From Sandarakinorhabdus sp. (GTDB lineage Bacteria; Pseudomonadota; Alphaproteobacteria; Sphingomonadales; Sphingomonadaceae): a stretch of DNA of 33,559 bases. Shown piece after piece: positions 1-8,042 of the stretch. The translations under genes and the position numbers were made by a program. The stretch spans positions 1 through 33,559 of the forward strand of contig NZ_JANPML010000057.1 in the NCBI RefSeq assembly GCF_031422795.1, given 5' to 3'. Numbering within the stretch: the stretch's first letter is position 1; the number at the start of each line of letters is the position of its first letter. The notes under the pieces are model-generated. The model ran no database searches. It was not told where the DNA came from and worked only from the letters and a program-made list of their open reading frames with translations.

Positions 1-1056
1 GCCACCACGCTGCTTGCGGCGCAGCCGGCAGTTGCCGCCACGCAAGCTGCTGGCAGCCTTGATGGCGTCACCATCATCGATCGGCTGGACGTGAATGACA
101 TTGCCGCTGGCAGTGTGCAGCGTCTGTGGTTTCGCGCTGGATCAAGCCCGGTTGGCCAGCCCTGGCTGGTGCCAGTGGTGGTGGTGAAAGGCGCCCAGCC
201 CGGCCCGCGCCTGATGCTGACGGCCGGTATTCACGGCGACGAACTGAATGGTATCGCCGTGCTGCACCGGCTGGCCGCGACCATTGATCCGGCAAAACTG
301 GCCGGCACGGTGACGCTGGTGCCCGGTCTCAACCCGCCTGGCCTGATGCAATCTGCCCGGCAATGGACGCCGGACTGGTCGCGCAGCGCCCCCAATCTCA
401 ACCGCGAGCTGCCTGGCAAGGAAGGCGGCAGCGCCATCGCCGATTTTGCCGGCCGGCTGTGGAGCCGCCTGATCCGCCCCAACGCCGATTCGGCGGTGGA
501 CCTGCACACCCAGTCGCGCGGCACCGCTTATATGTTGTATGCCTTTGCCTCCACGCCGCGCACCCGCCGCATGGCCGAACTGGTCGCGCCCGACATCATC
601 AAGATGGACAAGGGCGACAAGGGCACGGTCGAAAACACCCTTACCGATGATGGTGTGCCGGCGATCACGCTGGAACTGGGCCGGCCCGAGATGTTCGACG
701 ATCAGATGATCGCGCGCGGCGAGGCTGGCTTGCTCAACCTGATGCGCGAGATGAAGATGCTGCCCGGCAAGCTGACGCCGCCGCCCGCCAACCTGACCGT
801 GGCCAACGATATCGTTGCCGTTCGCGCCAGCAAACCGGGTTGGATGCGCTTGCTGCTGCCGCTGGGCAGTCCGGTGAAGAAGGATCAGCCCATCGCCGAA
901 TTGCGTGATGCGTTTGGCGGCGTTGTCGAAACGGTAACGGCCCCGGCAGAAGGCCGCATCAACATGATCACCACCGATCCCCGTGTCGCCGCCGGCGATA
1001 CAATTGCCCGCATCGTCTGGTGGTCGCCCGATCCGGCCTGTGCCAATGGTTGTTGA
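1..1056 (+). CDS. Host succinylglutamate desuccinylase/aspartoacylase family (M14-like zinc) protein, 5'-truncated, probably exported
   Basis: Motifs AGIHGDE, NLNR and DLHT, a catalytic-type LELG, and a C-terminal biotinyl-like segment (APAEG). The frame is open from base 1 (ATTLLAAQPAVAA, signal-peptide-like), so the true start lies upstream of the window. Confidence 0.85.
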   Translation, partial: ATTLLAAQPAVAATQAAGSLDGVTIIDRLDVNDIAAGSVQRLWFRAGSSPVGQPWLVPVVVVKGAQPGPRLMLTAGIHGDELNGIAVLHRLAATIDPAKLAGTVTLVPGLNPPGLMQSARQWTPDWSRSAPNLNRELPGKEGGSAIADFAGRLWSRLIRPNADSAVDLHTQSRGTAYMLYAFASTPRTRRMAELVAPDIIKMDKGDKGTVENTLTDDGVPAITLELGRPEMFDDQMIARGEAGLLNLMREMKMLPGKLTPPPANLTVANDIVAVRASKPGWMRLLLPLGSPVKKDQPIAELRDAFGGVVETVTAPAEGRINMITTDPRVAAGDTIARIVWWSPDPACANGC

Positions 1057-1102
1057 GTAAGGCCGCCCAAAACGCTATCGGCAGCCTGCCCACAAGCACG
1101 GG

Positions 1103-1177
1103 GCCGGATTAGCTCAGCGGTAGAGCAGCGGTTTTGTAAACCGAAGGTCGGGGGTTCAATCCCCTCATCCGGCACCA
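1103..1177 (+). tRNA. tRNA-Thr(TGT), likely prophage integration target
   Basis: Acceptor stem GCCGGAT/ATCCGGC, D arm GCTC-AGCGGTA-GAGC, anticodon loop TTTGTAA (TGT), T loop GGTTCAATCC, encoded CCA end. Confidence 0.97.
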
Positions 1178-1265
1178 TAAATTCAATAACTTCCGCGCGT
1201 TGCAGGCGAAGGGCTGGCGCGAAAGGCGCGCGAGGCGCGGGCAGTGGGGGCACGAAAGGGGGCAC
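1178..1265. promoter_or_regulatory. Putative att arm region: IHF-like site and tandem integrase arm-type repeats
   Basis: AT-rich TAAATTCAATAACTT immediately after the CCA resembles WATCAAN4TTR. Direct repeat GGGGGCAC at 1246-1253 and 1258-1265 (12-bp period), as seen at tyrosine-integrase att arms. Confidence 0.5.
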
Positions 1266-1395
1266 AATCCGTGCCGGGAGTGTTCCCGATCTGGTGCCGA
1301 TTCGCCCTGCATCGCCACCCTGCCCTGTGCGCTGGGAGATGTTGCGCAGATGATGCATTATGTTTAATCAGGGCATGGCGGCGGCGAGGTGGTGA

Positions 1396-1932
1396 ATGGG
1401 CAAGGCGACACGCGAGCGGCGGGTGGCGGTGGACCGGGTGGAGCCGACGCCCGAGCAGCTGCGCCACGGCAGCTGGGATCATCTGCAGGTGCGCGATCCC
1501 TATACCGGCCATCCGATCAATCTTCGCCGCAATTTGAATACCCGAAATTTGGAGCGCTGGTTCAATCGCGCGCTGATAGATGATGCTCAGCTCACGGCCG
1601 GCGATCGCTATCGCTGCGATTACGAGCGCGCCGGCTTCAACCCGCGCGTCACCAGCTGCTATGAACCCGTCACGGCCGGCGGCCAGGCCGGCCACTATCG
1701 CGCGCCGGGCGGCCAGAACGAAGCGCAGATGGACGCCTGGGACCGTTACCGCGATGCGCGGGGCCAGATCGATCCCGGCCTGGTGTGGGGTTTCGATTCC
1801 CTGATCCTGCACGATGCCAGCTTTGGCGACGTGCCGAACGCCCACGACCGGCTGGGCGCTTTCACTCGCGATCGCTGGGCCTTCGTGGTGAAGCTGTGCC
1901 TTACCCGGCTGGTCACGCACTACCGGCTGTGA
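1396..1932 (+). CDS. Putative late-gene regulator/antiterminator (Q-like, DUF6456-type)
   Basis: SD GAGGTGG upstream. Sequence pattern LERW..R.LID..Q..AG.RY..DYERAG...LTRLVTHY is typical of alphaproteobacterial phage Q-position genes. It is followed by a promoter-terminator unit. Confidence 0.65.
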   Translation: MGKATRERRVAVDRVEPTPEQLRHGSWDHLQVRDPYTGHPINLRRNLNTRNLERWFNRALIDDAQLTAGDRYRCDYERAGFNPRVTSCYEPVTAGGQAGHYRAPGGQNEAQMDAWDRYRDARGQIDPGLVWGFDSLILHDASFGDVPNAHDRLGAFTRDRWAFVVKLCLTRLVTHYRL

Positions 1933-1936
1933 ACGT

Positions 1937-1983
1937 CCTAATCGATAACCGGGCTTGAAAATCTCCGGAGTTTCGATTAGGGA
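1937..1983 (+). promoter_or_regulatory. Putative late promoter (pR'-like) flanked by an inverted repeat
   Basis: TTGAAA (1955-1960)-17 nt-TAGGGA. Inverted repeat CCTAATCGA (1937-1945) / TCGATTAGG (1973-1981). Confidence 0.5.
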
Positions 1984-2012
1984 ATTCGCCAGTGGTGGAA
2001 ATCCGCCACGAG

Positions 2013-2046
2013 AAGCCCTGGCCCCTCCGCCGGGGTTTTTCATTTT
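2013..2046 (+). terminator. Intrinsic terminator in the late leader (tR'-like)
   Basis: AAGCCCTGG-loop-CCGGGGTTT stem followed by TTTTTCATTTT. Confidence 0.7.
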
Positions 2047-2070
2047 CGGCCCCCGAGCAGGGAGGCGCTC

Positions 2071-2259
2071 ATGGCAGCAGCCCCGCCCCCATCTGCAAGC
2101 CAGCGCCGCTCCTATGCCCAGCGCGTTGACGAGCTGGCCGACAAGATCAACCGCATCGCACTGATGCACGCCTATCCCCACGCCCTGGCCGAACGCCGTG
2201 ATGAAGCATCGCGGGAATGCCGGCGGATCGCTGCCGCGCTCAGGGCCGATGGACTGTAA
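2071..2259 (+). CDS. Small helical phage protein, first late gene
   Basis: GGAGG SD, ATG start, 62 aa. Confidence 0.65.
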   Translation: MAAAPPPSASQRRSYAQRVDELADKINRIALMHAYPHALAERRDEASRECRRIAAALRADGL

Positions 2260-2273
2260 CCGGGAGGTGCCCG

Positions 2274-2552
2274 ATGCCGAGGGTGCAACCTGAAGAACTT
2301 CGCGCGACGCTGATCGATCTTTACGGCGAGGCCCACGTGCTCCGCCTGGAAGGCAGCGAAGCCGACCCCAATCGGGTGGCCATCGCCACCGTGCCGCCAG
2401 CCGCGCCAGCCCATTCTGCGGAGCCGGCCCCCAGCGATACGCCGCCCGATACCCTTACCGTCGAGCCCGATCTGGCCGAGGCCGCGCGCTTTGCTGCCGA
2501 GATCGAGCGCGATGCCGCCCTGGGCAGCCATGCCGATTGGCCCGATCTGTGA
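2274..2552 (+). CDS. Hypothetical acidic phage protein
   Basis: GGAGG SD before ATG 2274. Its stop overlaps the next GTG start (GTGA). Confidence 0.6.
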   Translation: MPRVQPEELRATLIDLYGEAHVLRLEGSEADPNRVAIATVPPAAPAHSAEPAPSDTPPDTLTVEPDLAEAARFAAEIERDAALGSHADWPDL

Positions 2553-3382
2553 GCGGGCCGAGCACCAACCGCGCCGCCGCCTATCCCACCTGGCTGCCGA
2601 TGCCGGCCTGCCGGGTGCACGTGGTGGCCGGGCCGCCGGGGCCGGGCCTGCGGGAATACGCTCTCGCGCACTGCCGCCCGGATGCGGAGATCATCGATCT
2701 GGCCGAGATCATCGCCCGCCTGTCGAACGGCCGGCCGGGTGACTGGGCAGCGCTGGCGCTGGACGAACGCAACCGCCGGCTGGCCGATCTGGCCAGGGCC
2801 GATCCCGGCCACGAGGTGTGGCTGATCTCGCTGAGCCCGAAGCAGTGGCAGCGGGATTTTCTGGCGGGCAAACTGAACGCCCGGGTGACGGTGGTCGATC
2901 CCGGCAAGGAAGCCGCGCTGGCGGAAGCCGAGGCGGCGGGCGTCAACGTCCGCTACGTCCACGCCTGGTATCATGATTTTACCGATCCCAACGGCTGGTG
3001 CATCCCACCGGTGCGCGACACACGGGAACGCCACCTGACCGGAGCGCCGCCCGGAAAGCGGCCCGCCGCCAGCGACCGGGGCTATGACAGCCGCCACGGC
3101 AAGATGCGCGCCGAGCAGCTGGCGAAGCAGCCCTGGTGCGAACGCTGCGAGGCTGAAGGCCGCGGGCGGGTGCCGGCGACGGATTTCAACCACAAGGTGC
3201 CGTTTCGGCAGCCGGACAATTCAATCAACTGGAAGCTGTGGGGCGACCCGGCCAACAGGGAATCGATGTGCAACACCTGCCACCAGGCGCACGGCGCCCG
3301 CACCGATCGCGACGCCAGCCCGCTGGGCAGCGGCAGCGACGGTCGCCCGCTGGATCCGGCGCACCCGTGGAATCGCCGCTGA
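2549..3382 (+). CDS. Terminase-associated HNH endonuclease with an N-terminal degenerate P-loop-like domain
   Basis: C-terminal RGYD...PWCERC...DFNHKVP...NRESMCNTCH and ending DGRPLDPAHPWN, typical of HNHs upstream of terS. N-terminal VHVVAGPPGPGLR. Confidence 0.8.
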   Translation: MSGPSTNRAAAYPTWLPMPACRVHVVAGPPGPGLREYALAHCRPDAEIIDLAEIIARLSNGRPGDWAALALDERNRRLADLARADPGHEVWLISLSPKQWQRDFLAGKLNARVTVVDPGKEAALAEAEAAGVNVRYVHAWYHDFTDPNGWCIPPVRDTRERHLTGAPPGKRPAASDRGYDSRHGKMRAEQLAKQPWCERCEAEGRGRVPATDFNHKVPFRQPDNSINWKLWGDPANRESMCNTCHQAHGARTDRDASPLGSGSDGRPLDPAHPWNRR

Positions 3383-3781
3383 TCAGCAGCTGATCCGCCG
3401 ATACCGTCTAACCGCCTGCCCCCGCGCCACCATCGCGCAGTTCACGTTTACTCGGCCCACCCAGGCCACGGCCAAATGTCGGCCGAACCCACCTTCGCCC
3501 ATCAGCTGCAGGCGCACCGGCCCGGCACGCAGCAGCGCGGCCAGGGCGGCGGCGGCGCGGCGGCCATCGCCGGGCGTGCAAACGCGGCCACGCCGGCAGC
3601 GGTGCAGTTCCGGCGCATCGATGCCGGCCAGCCGCACGTTCCTGGGCAGATTGGCGCAGGCCAGCGTATCGCCATCGATGGCGCGCGGGGCCTCGCAGAT
3701 GATGGCGGGCGGCAGATCGGCGGGGATCACGGCCACAGCAGGCCACGCCAGCCGCCACCGTGCAAATGAAGCAGTGTTCAT
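3383..3781 (-). CDS. Thermonuclease (SNase) family nuclease, antisense to the late operon
   Basis: Motifs IDGDT, VRLAGIDAPE, FGRHLA and NCAMVARGQA. Start uncertain (ATG 3781 or a downstream GTG). Confidence 0.8.
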   Translation of the reverse strand: MNTASFARWRLAWPAVAVIPADLPPAIICEAPRAIDGDTLACANLPRNVRLAGIDAPELHRCRRGRVCTPGDGRRAAAALAALLRAGPVRLQLMGEGGFGRHLAVAWVGRVNVNCAMVARGQAVRRYRRISC

Positions 3782-3803
3782 TCTGGACCGAAGGGAGGGC
3801 GAG

Positions 3804-4229
3804 ATGAGCGATTGTCCCTGCCCTCCAGAGGGCATGCAGGAACCGGACTGGGCCGAGACCGGCCTGACCGCCGCCGAGGTGGGAACCGCCAGCAAATACT
3901 GGGCCACCATCGTGGCCGAGCTGCAAGCGCAGCAGACGTTGACCGAGGCCAACCGCCATATGGTGATCCGGCTGGTGCTGGCGATGATCACCTACGAGGA
4001 AACGACCGCCCTGGTGCAACGCGAAGGCTCAATCATCGAGGCACCCAAGACCAAGGTAAAGATGCAGCACCCGGCGCTGAGCATCGCCAACAAGCAGCTG
4101 GCCATCATCCGCCAGCTTGAAGGCGATCTGGGCCTGACGCCGGGCAAGCGCGCGGCGGCGGCCAAGGGCAAGGTGCCCAGCCGGGGCGGCAAGAAGAAGC
4201 CGGGCGGCAGTGACGCCATCGAGTTCTGA
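3804..4229 (+). CDS. terS: Terminase small subunit (P27-like)
   Basis: SD GGGAGG, ATG 3804. Motifs W..IV.EL, QHPAL and LGLTP..R, directly upstream of terL. Confidence 0.85.
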   Translation: MSDCPCPPEGMQEPDWAETGLTAAEVGTASKYWATIVAELQAQQTLTEANRHMVIRLVLAMITYEETTALVQREGSIIEAPKTKVKMQHPALSIANKQLAIIRQLEGDLGLTPGKRAAAAKGKVPSRGGKKKPGGSDAIEF

Positions 4230-4231
4230 AG

Positions 4232-6064
4232 GTGGCCCAGGCTGATCGCAGCACCGCTATCGCCGAACGGATGGCCGATGGCCGGATTGTCTGCGGGGAA
4301 TACGCCCGGATGGCGGCCGAGCGCCACCTGCGGGATCTGAGCGACGGGCATCTGCGCGGGCTGCAGTGGCGGCCGGCAGAGGCGCAGCGGATCATCGATT
4401 CCTATCCGAGCAATTTCACCATCACCGATGGCCCGAAGGCCGGCGATCCGTTCACGCTGTTGGACTGGATGGCCTTTACCAGCGGCAGCCTGTTCGGCTG
4501 GTGGCGGCAGACCCGCGAAGGCGATTGGCGCTGGCGGTTTGATGAAGCGTGGATCGACATGGCCAAGGGCCAGGGCAAGACGCCGTGGCTCGCCAGCACC
4601 AGCCTGCTGATGCTGGGCGGTTTTGGCCGGAAGCGGGCCGAGGTGGTGATCACCGGGCCGAAGGACGAACAGAGCCTGATCACGCTGCGCGACGCCGGCA
4701 CCATCGTACAATCCACGATCCCCGGCGAAGAGGACGGGGTGACGCTGGAAAGCCAGGGCAAGTTTCTGGTGCGCGGCGTGGGCGACAATATCCACACCAT
4801 AGAACACATCGCCAGCCGATCGGTGATGAAGACCAGCCCCGGCAGCGCCAAGAAGACCAGCGGTTTCAAGCCGGCGGCGGTGGGTGTCGACGAAGTGCAC
4901 GAGCTGACCGATTACAATCTGATCGAGATGTGGGCGAAGGCGCTGACCAAGAACGCGGTGGGCGGGCTCCTGTTGCAGCTGACCAACTGCCCGGCGTTCG
5001 ACCAGGCGGTGGGCACGATGCTGGCCGAACGGGCGCACCGGATGCTGCGCGGGGAAGAACAGCTGGATACGCTGTTCGCCTATGTCGCCCGGGTCGACGT
5101 GGCCGACCGCGAGACGGTGTTCGATAATGAGGCCTGCTGGATCAAGGCGATGCCGGCGCTGGGCGTCACCTATCCGATCGACAACATCCGGCAGGAAGTG
5201 GAGAAGGCACGGGTTTCCCCGGCCAAGGCCGCCAGCCTGAAGCGGCTGTATTTCGGGATCCCCGGCGGCGGGGCGGATTTCTGGCTGGATGATCCCCGGC
5301 TGTGGGATCGGGCGCTGGCGCCGGTCGATGAAGGCCAGATGGTCAACTATCGCTGCTGGCTGAGCCTCGATCTGGCCGATCGGCACGATCTGGTGGCGCT
5401 GACAGCGACGTGGGCTGTGCCGGCGCCGATGGATGAAGATCCCGAAGCGGTGCGGCTGGTGCAGAAGACCTGGTATTGGACGCGCGGCGACGGGGTGGCG
5501 GAACGGGCGAAGATCGACGGCATGGCCTATGAAGCCTGGGCCGCTGATGGGTTCATCACGATCGTGCCGGGCCCGATGATCAGCAAGGATTTTGTGGCGC
5601 TGCAGGTGCAGCACCTGGCCGAAACGCAGCTGGTGGAATTCCTGACGTTCGATCCGGCCAAGATCAACGAATTCATCGAAGCCGCCGGCCGCGTGGATCT
5701 GCAGGTGTGGCGGTACCAGGGCAAGGACAAGCCGGCAGGCAAGGGCCTGATGATGGTGACGCACAGCCAGGGCACGCAGGTGCGGTTCATCGATCACCAG
5801 CTTTCAATGCCGGGCAGCGTGACCGCGTTCGAAGACCGGCTGCGCGACGGCACGATCACCATCGACGCCAACCCGATCAACACCGCCTGCGCCGCCAACG
5901 CCAAGATGATCAGCGACGGACAGAGCAACCGGGCGTTCGACAAGAAGACCAGCCGCGGCCGCATCGACGGAATCATCACGAAGGCGATGGGCGTCGGGGC
6001 GGCTGGGTTTCAGGTGGCGCGGAAGAAATCGGTCTACAGCGAGCGAGGGATCATCCGTCTATGA
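4232..6064 (+). CDS. terL: Terminase large subunit
   Basis: Walker A MAKGQGKT, Walker B VGVDEVHE, nuclease motifs LDLA, FDP and RIDG. Confidence 0.95.
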   Translation: MAQADRSTAIAERMADGRIVCGEYARMAAERHLRDLSDGHLRGLQWRPAEAQRIIDSYPSNFTITDGPKAGDPFTLLDWMAFTSGSLFGWWRQTREGDWRWRFDEAWIDMAKGQGKTPWLASTSLLMLGGFGRKRAEVVITGPKDEQSLITLRDAGTIVQSTIPGEEDGVTLESQGKFLVRGVGDNIHTIEHIASRSVMKTSPGSAKKTSGFKPAAVGVDEVHELTDYNLIEMWAKALTKNAVGGLLLQLTNCPAFDQAVGTMLAERAHRMLRGEEQLDTLFAYVARVDVADRETVFDNEACWIKAMPALGVTYPIDNIRQEVEKARVSPAKAASLKRLYFGIPGGGADFWLDDPRLWDRALAPVDEGQMVNYRCWLSLDLADRHDLVALTATWAVPAPMDEDPEAVRLVQKTWYWTRGDGVAERAKIDGMAYEAWAADGFITIVPGPMISKDFVALQVQHLAETQLVEFLTFDPAKINEFIEAAGRVDLQVWRYQGKDKPAGKGLMMVTHSQGTQVRFIDHQLSMPGSVTAFEDRLRDGTITIDANPINTACAANAKMISDGQSNRAFDKKTSRGRIDGIITKAMGVGAAGFQVARKKSVYSERGIIRL

Positions 6065-7302
6065 AGATCCTGGGCTTCGAGATCCGCCGCGCGCCAGCTG
6101 GTGAACGGCGCGGCTTTCTCGACGCGGCGCAGTCGTTCCGCCGTGCCAGCAATTTCACGGCTATGCCTGGCCTTTCGCTGGCCAACCCGATGCAGGCGAT
6201 GGGCCTGCCGGCGGTGTTTCTGTGCGTCGACAAGATCGACAAGACCATCGCCACTCTGCCGAAGATCATCGTTGACGAAACCGATCCGGAGCGGCCGAAG
6301 CAGCTGCTGACCCTGCCGATGGGCAGGATGCTGAAGAACAAGCCCAACGGCTGGCAGAACGGCCACAATTTCTGGAAGCTCACCAGCAACCGCAAGCTGC
6401 TGTGGGGCAACTTCTATGCCGAGATCCAGCGCGACGTGCGGACGGGCGCGGCGGTGGGCCTGTGGCCACTGCTGAGCCAGGACTGTATCCCCGACACGAA
6501 GGCCGGCCAGAAGATCTACCGGGTGGGCGGGCGCGAGCTGGCCGACGACGACATTTTCCATTTGATGGGCCCCAGCTGGAACGGGCTGCAGGGCCTGTCG
6601 CTGATCTCGCTGCACCGCAAGACGGTAAGTGCCAGCGATGCGATGCAGGAATTCACGACCAACTTCTATGAGCAGGGCGTCCGGCTATCCGGTTTTGTGA
6701 AGCACCCGAACGCGCTCGAGCCCCCAGCGGCCGACCGGCTGAGGGCGGACATCAAGGAGATGTGGCAGGGCGGCAGCAACGCCGGCAGCGTGGGCGTGCT
6801 CGAGGAGGGGATGAGCTTCGAGCCGTGGACGATGCCGCTGGGCGATGCCGAGTTCATCGCGACCAAGCGGTTCGGCATCGCCGACGTTGCCCGGATCTTT
6901 GATATGCCGCTGCACAAGCTCGGCGAGATCGACGGGATGAAATACAACAATGTCGAGCAGGGCAATATCAGCTTTGTGATCGACTGCATCGAGCCGCACC
7001 TGGATCAGATCTGCACCGAGGCCACCAACAAGCTGTTTGCCGACGTCGATCGCGGCCGGCTGGCACTGCGGATCCCGACTGACGAGCTGCTGCAGGGCGA
7101 CCTGCTGAGCCGGATGCAGGCACTGTCCCACGCTCGCCAGTGGAGCGTGATGACCATCAACGAGGCGCGTCGGAAGGTTGGCCTGCCGGCCATCGGGCCA
7201 GAGGGCGATCAGTTGTTCGTGCCAGGCAACGCCAACGCCGCCGCGCCCAAAACCAAGGAAGCCAGGGCCGTGCCTGGTGCAGCCGACAACACCGAGGAGT
7301 AA
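6061..7302 (+). CDS. Portal protein (HK97 family)
   Basis: ATG 6061 overlaps the terL stop. Motifs PNGWQ, LLWGNFYAEI, GLSLI, VLEEGM, IADVARIF, NNVEQ and TINEAR. Confidence 0.95.
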   Translation: MKILGFEIRRAPAGERRGFLDAAQSFRRASNFTAMPGLSLANPMQAMGLPAVFLCVDKIDKTIATLPKIIVDETDPERPKQLLTLPMGRMLKNKPNGWQNGHNFWKLTSNRKLLWGNFYAEIQRDVRTGAAVGLWPLLSQDCIPDTKAGQKIYRVGGRELADDDIFHLMGPSWNGLQGLSLISLHRKTVSASDAMQEFTTNFYEQGVRLSGFVKHPNALEPPAADRLRADIKEMWQGGSNAGSVGVLEEGMSFEPWTMPLGDAEFIATKRFGIADVARIFDMPLHKLGEIDGMKYNNVEQGNISFVIDCIEPHLDQICTEATNKLFADVDRGRLALRIPTDELLQGDLLSRMQALSHARQWSVMTINEARRKVGLPAIGPEGDQLFVPGNANAAAPKTKEARAVPGAADNTEE

Positions 7303-7305
7303 TCC

Positions 7306-7971
7306 ATGCGCACCGTGTCTGCCATTACTGCTGGCATCGAGCTTCGTTTCGCCGGCAGGCCGCTGGCTGAGGCCATGGCGGCAGCTGAAACCGAGATTGA
7401 CATATCGGCGGCCGATACCGTTGCGGGCTATGCAGCGCGGTTCAACGTGCGCAGTCAGGATCTCGGCGGTTTTTATGAGTTGATCGCGGCAGGCGCTTTT
7501 GACGGCGTGCTGGAGCAGGACGTGGTGGCGCTGTTCAACCACGATGCAAACCAGCCGCTGGCGCGCAGCTCCGCCGGCACGCTGCGGCTTTCGGTGGACG
7601 ATATCGGCCTGCGCTATGAATTCGATCTGGCCAAGGATGATCTGTCGGAACAGGTTGCCCGCTTCATCGCTGACAAGCGGGTGGCCGGCAGCAGCTTCGG
7701 ATTCTTCGTGGCCCCTGATGGCGACAAGTGGGTGCGCATGGAAGACGGCCAAGTGTGCCGCACTATCACCCGCTTTTCGCGCTTGCTCGATGTCTCGCCG
7801 TGCACCTTTCCGGCCTATCTGGCGACGGATGTGCAGCTGCGCGCGGCCGGGGATGCCAGCGCATCCGGTTTGGCTGCGTTCCTTGCTGCCGAGCAGCGCA
7901 CCGCCGCCACTGTCGCCACCTCCAGCCGCGCTCGCGAGCTCGAGCTGATGGAAATTTCGCTGGGCCGCTGA
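7306..7971 (+). CDS. HK97-type prohead protease
   Basis: Motifs GYAARFN, ALFNHD, SSFGF and LLDVS.CTFPAY. Confidence 0.93.
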   Translation: MRTVSAITAGIELRFAGRPLAEAMAAAETEIDISAADTVAGYAARFNVRSQDLGGFYELIAAGAFDGVLEQDVVALFNHDANQPLARSSAGTLRLSVDDIGLRYEFDLAKDDLSEQVARFIADKRVAGSSFGFFVAPDGDKWVRMEDGQVCRTITRFSRLLDVSPCTFPAYLATDVQLRAAGDASASGLAAFLAAEQRTAATVATSSRARELELMEISLGR

Positions 7972-8042
7972 GCCTTGCAGATCCCGCCCGGCCTGGGCTG
8001 CCGGGATCAACGGAGCCGCCCGCAACCCAAGAGGAGAAAGCG

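Noticed and set aside
885-1358. Minus-strand ORFs spanning the tRNA (VPDEGIEPPTFGLQNRCS)
   Set aside because: This is the antisense translation of tRNA-Thr, not a protein.
1270-1370. Alphaproteobacterial LexA box (GTTC-N7-GTTC) or CtrA box upstream of the Q-like gene
   Set aside because: Only single half-sites were found and the spacing does not fit.
1375-1395. Six-codon uORF (MAAARW*) abutting the Q-like start
   Set aside because: Too short to support, and its sequence is explained by the SD of the downstream gene.
3084-3803. 381-aa version of terS in the ORF track
   Set aside because: The upstream part overlaps the HNH and thermonuclease genes. The SD and family pattern support a start at 3804.
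3992-5797. 601-aa minus-strand ORF
   Set aside because: Antisense shadow of terL caused by GC-rich codon bias, with no recognisable motifs.
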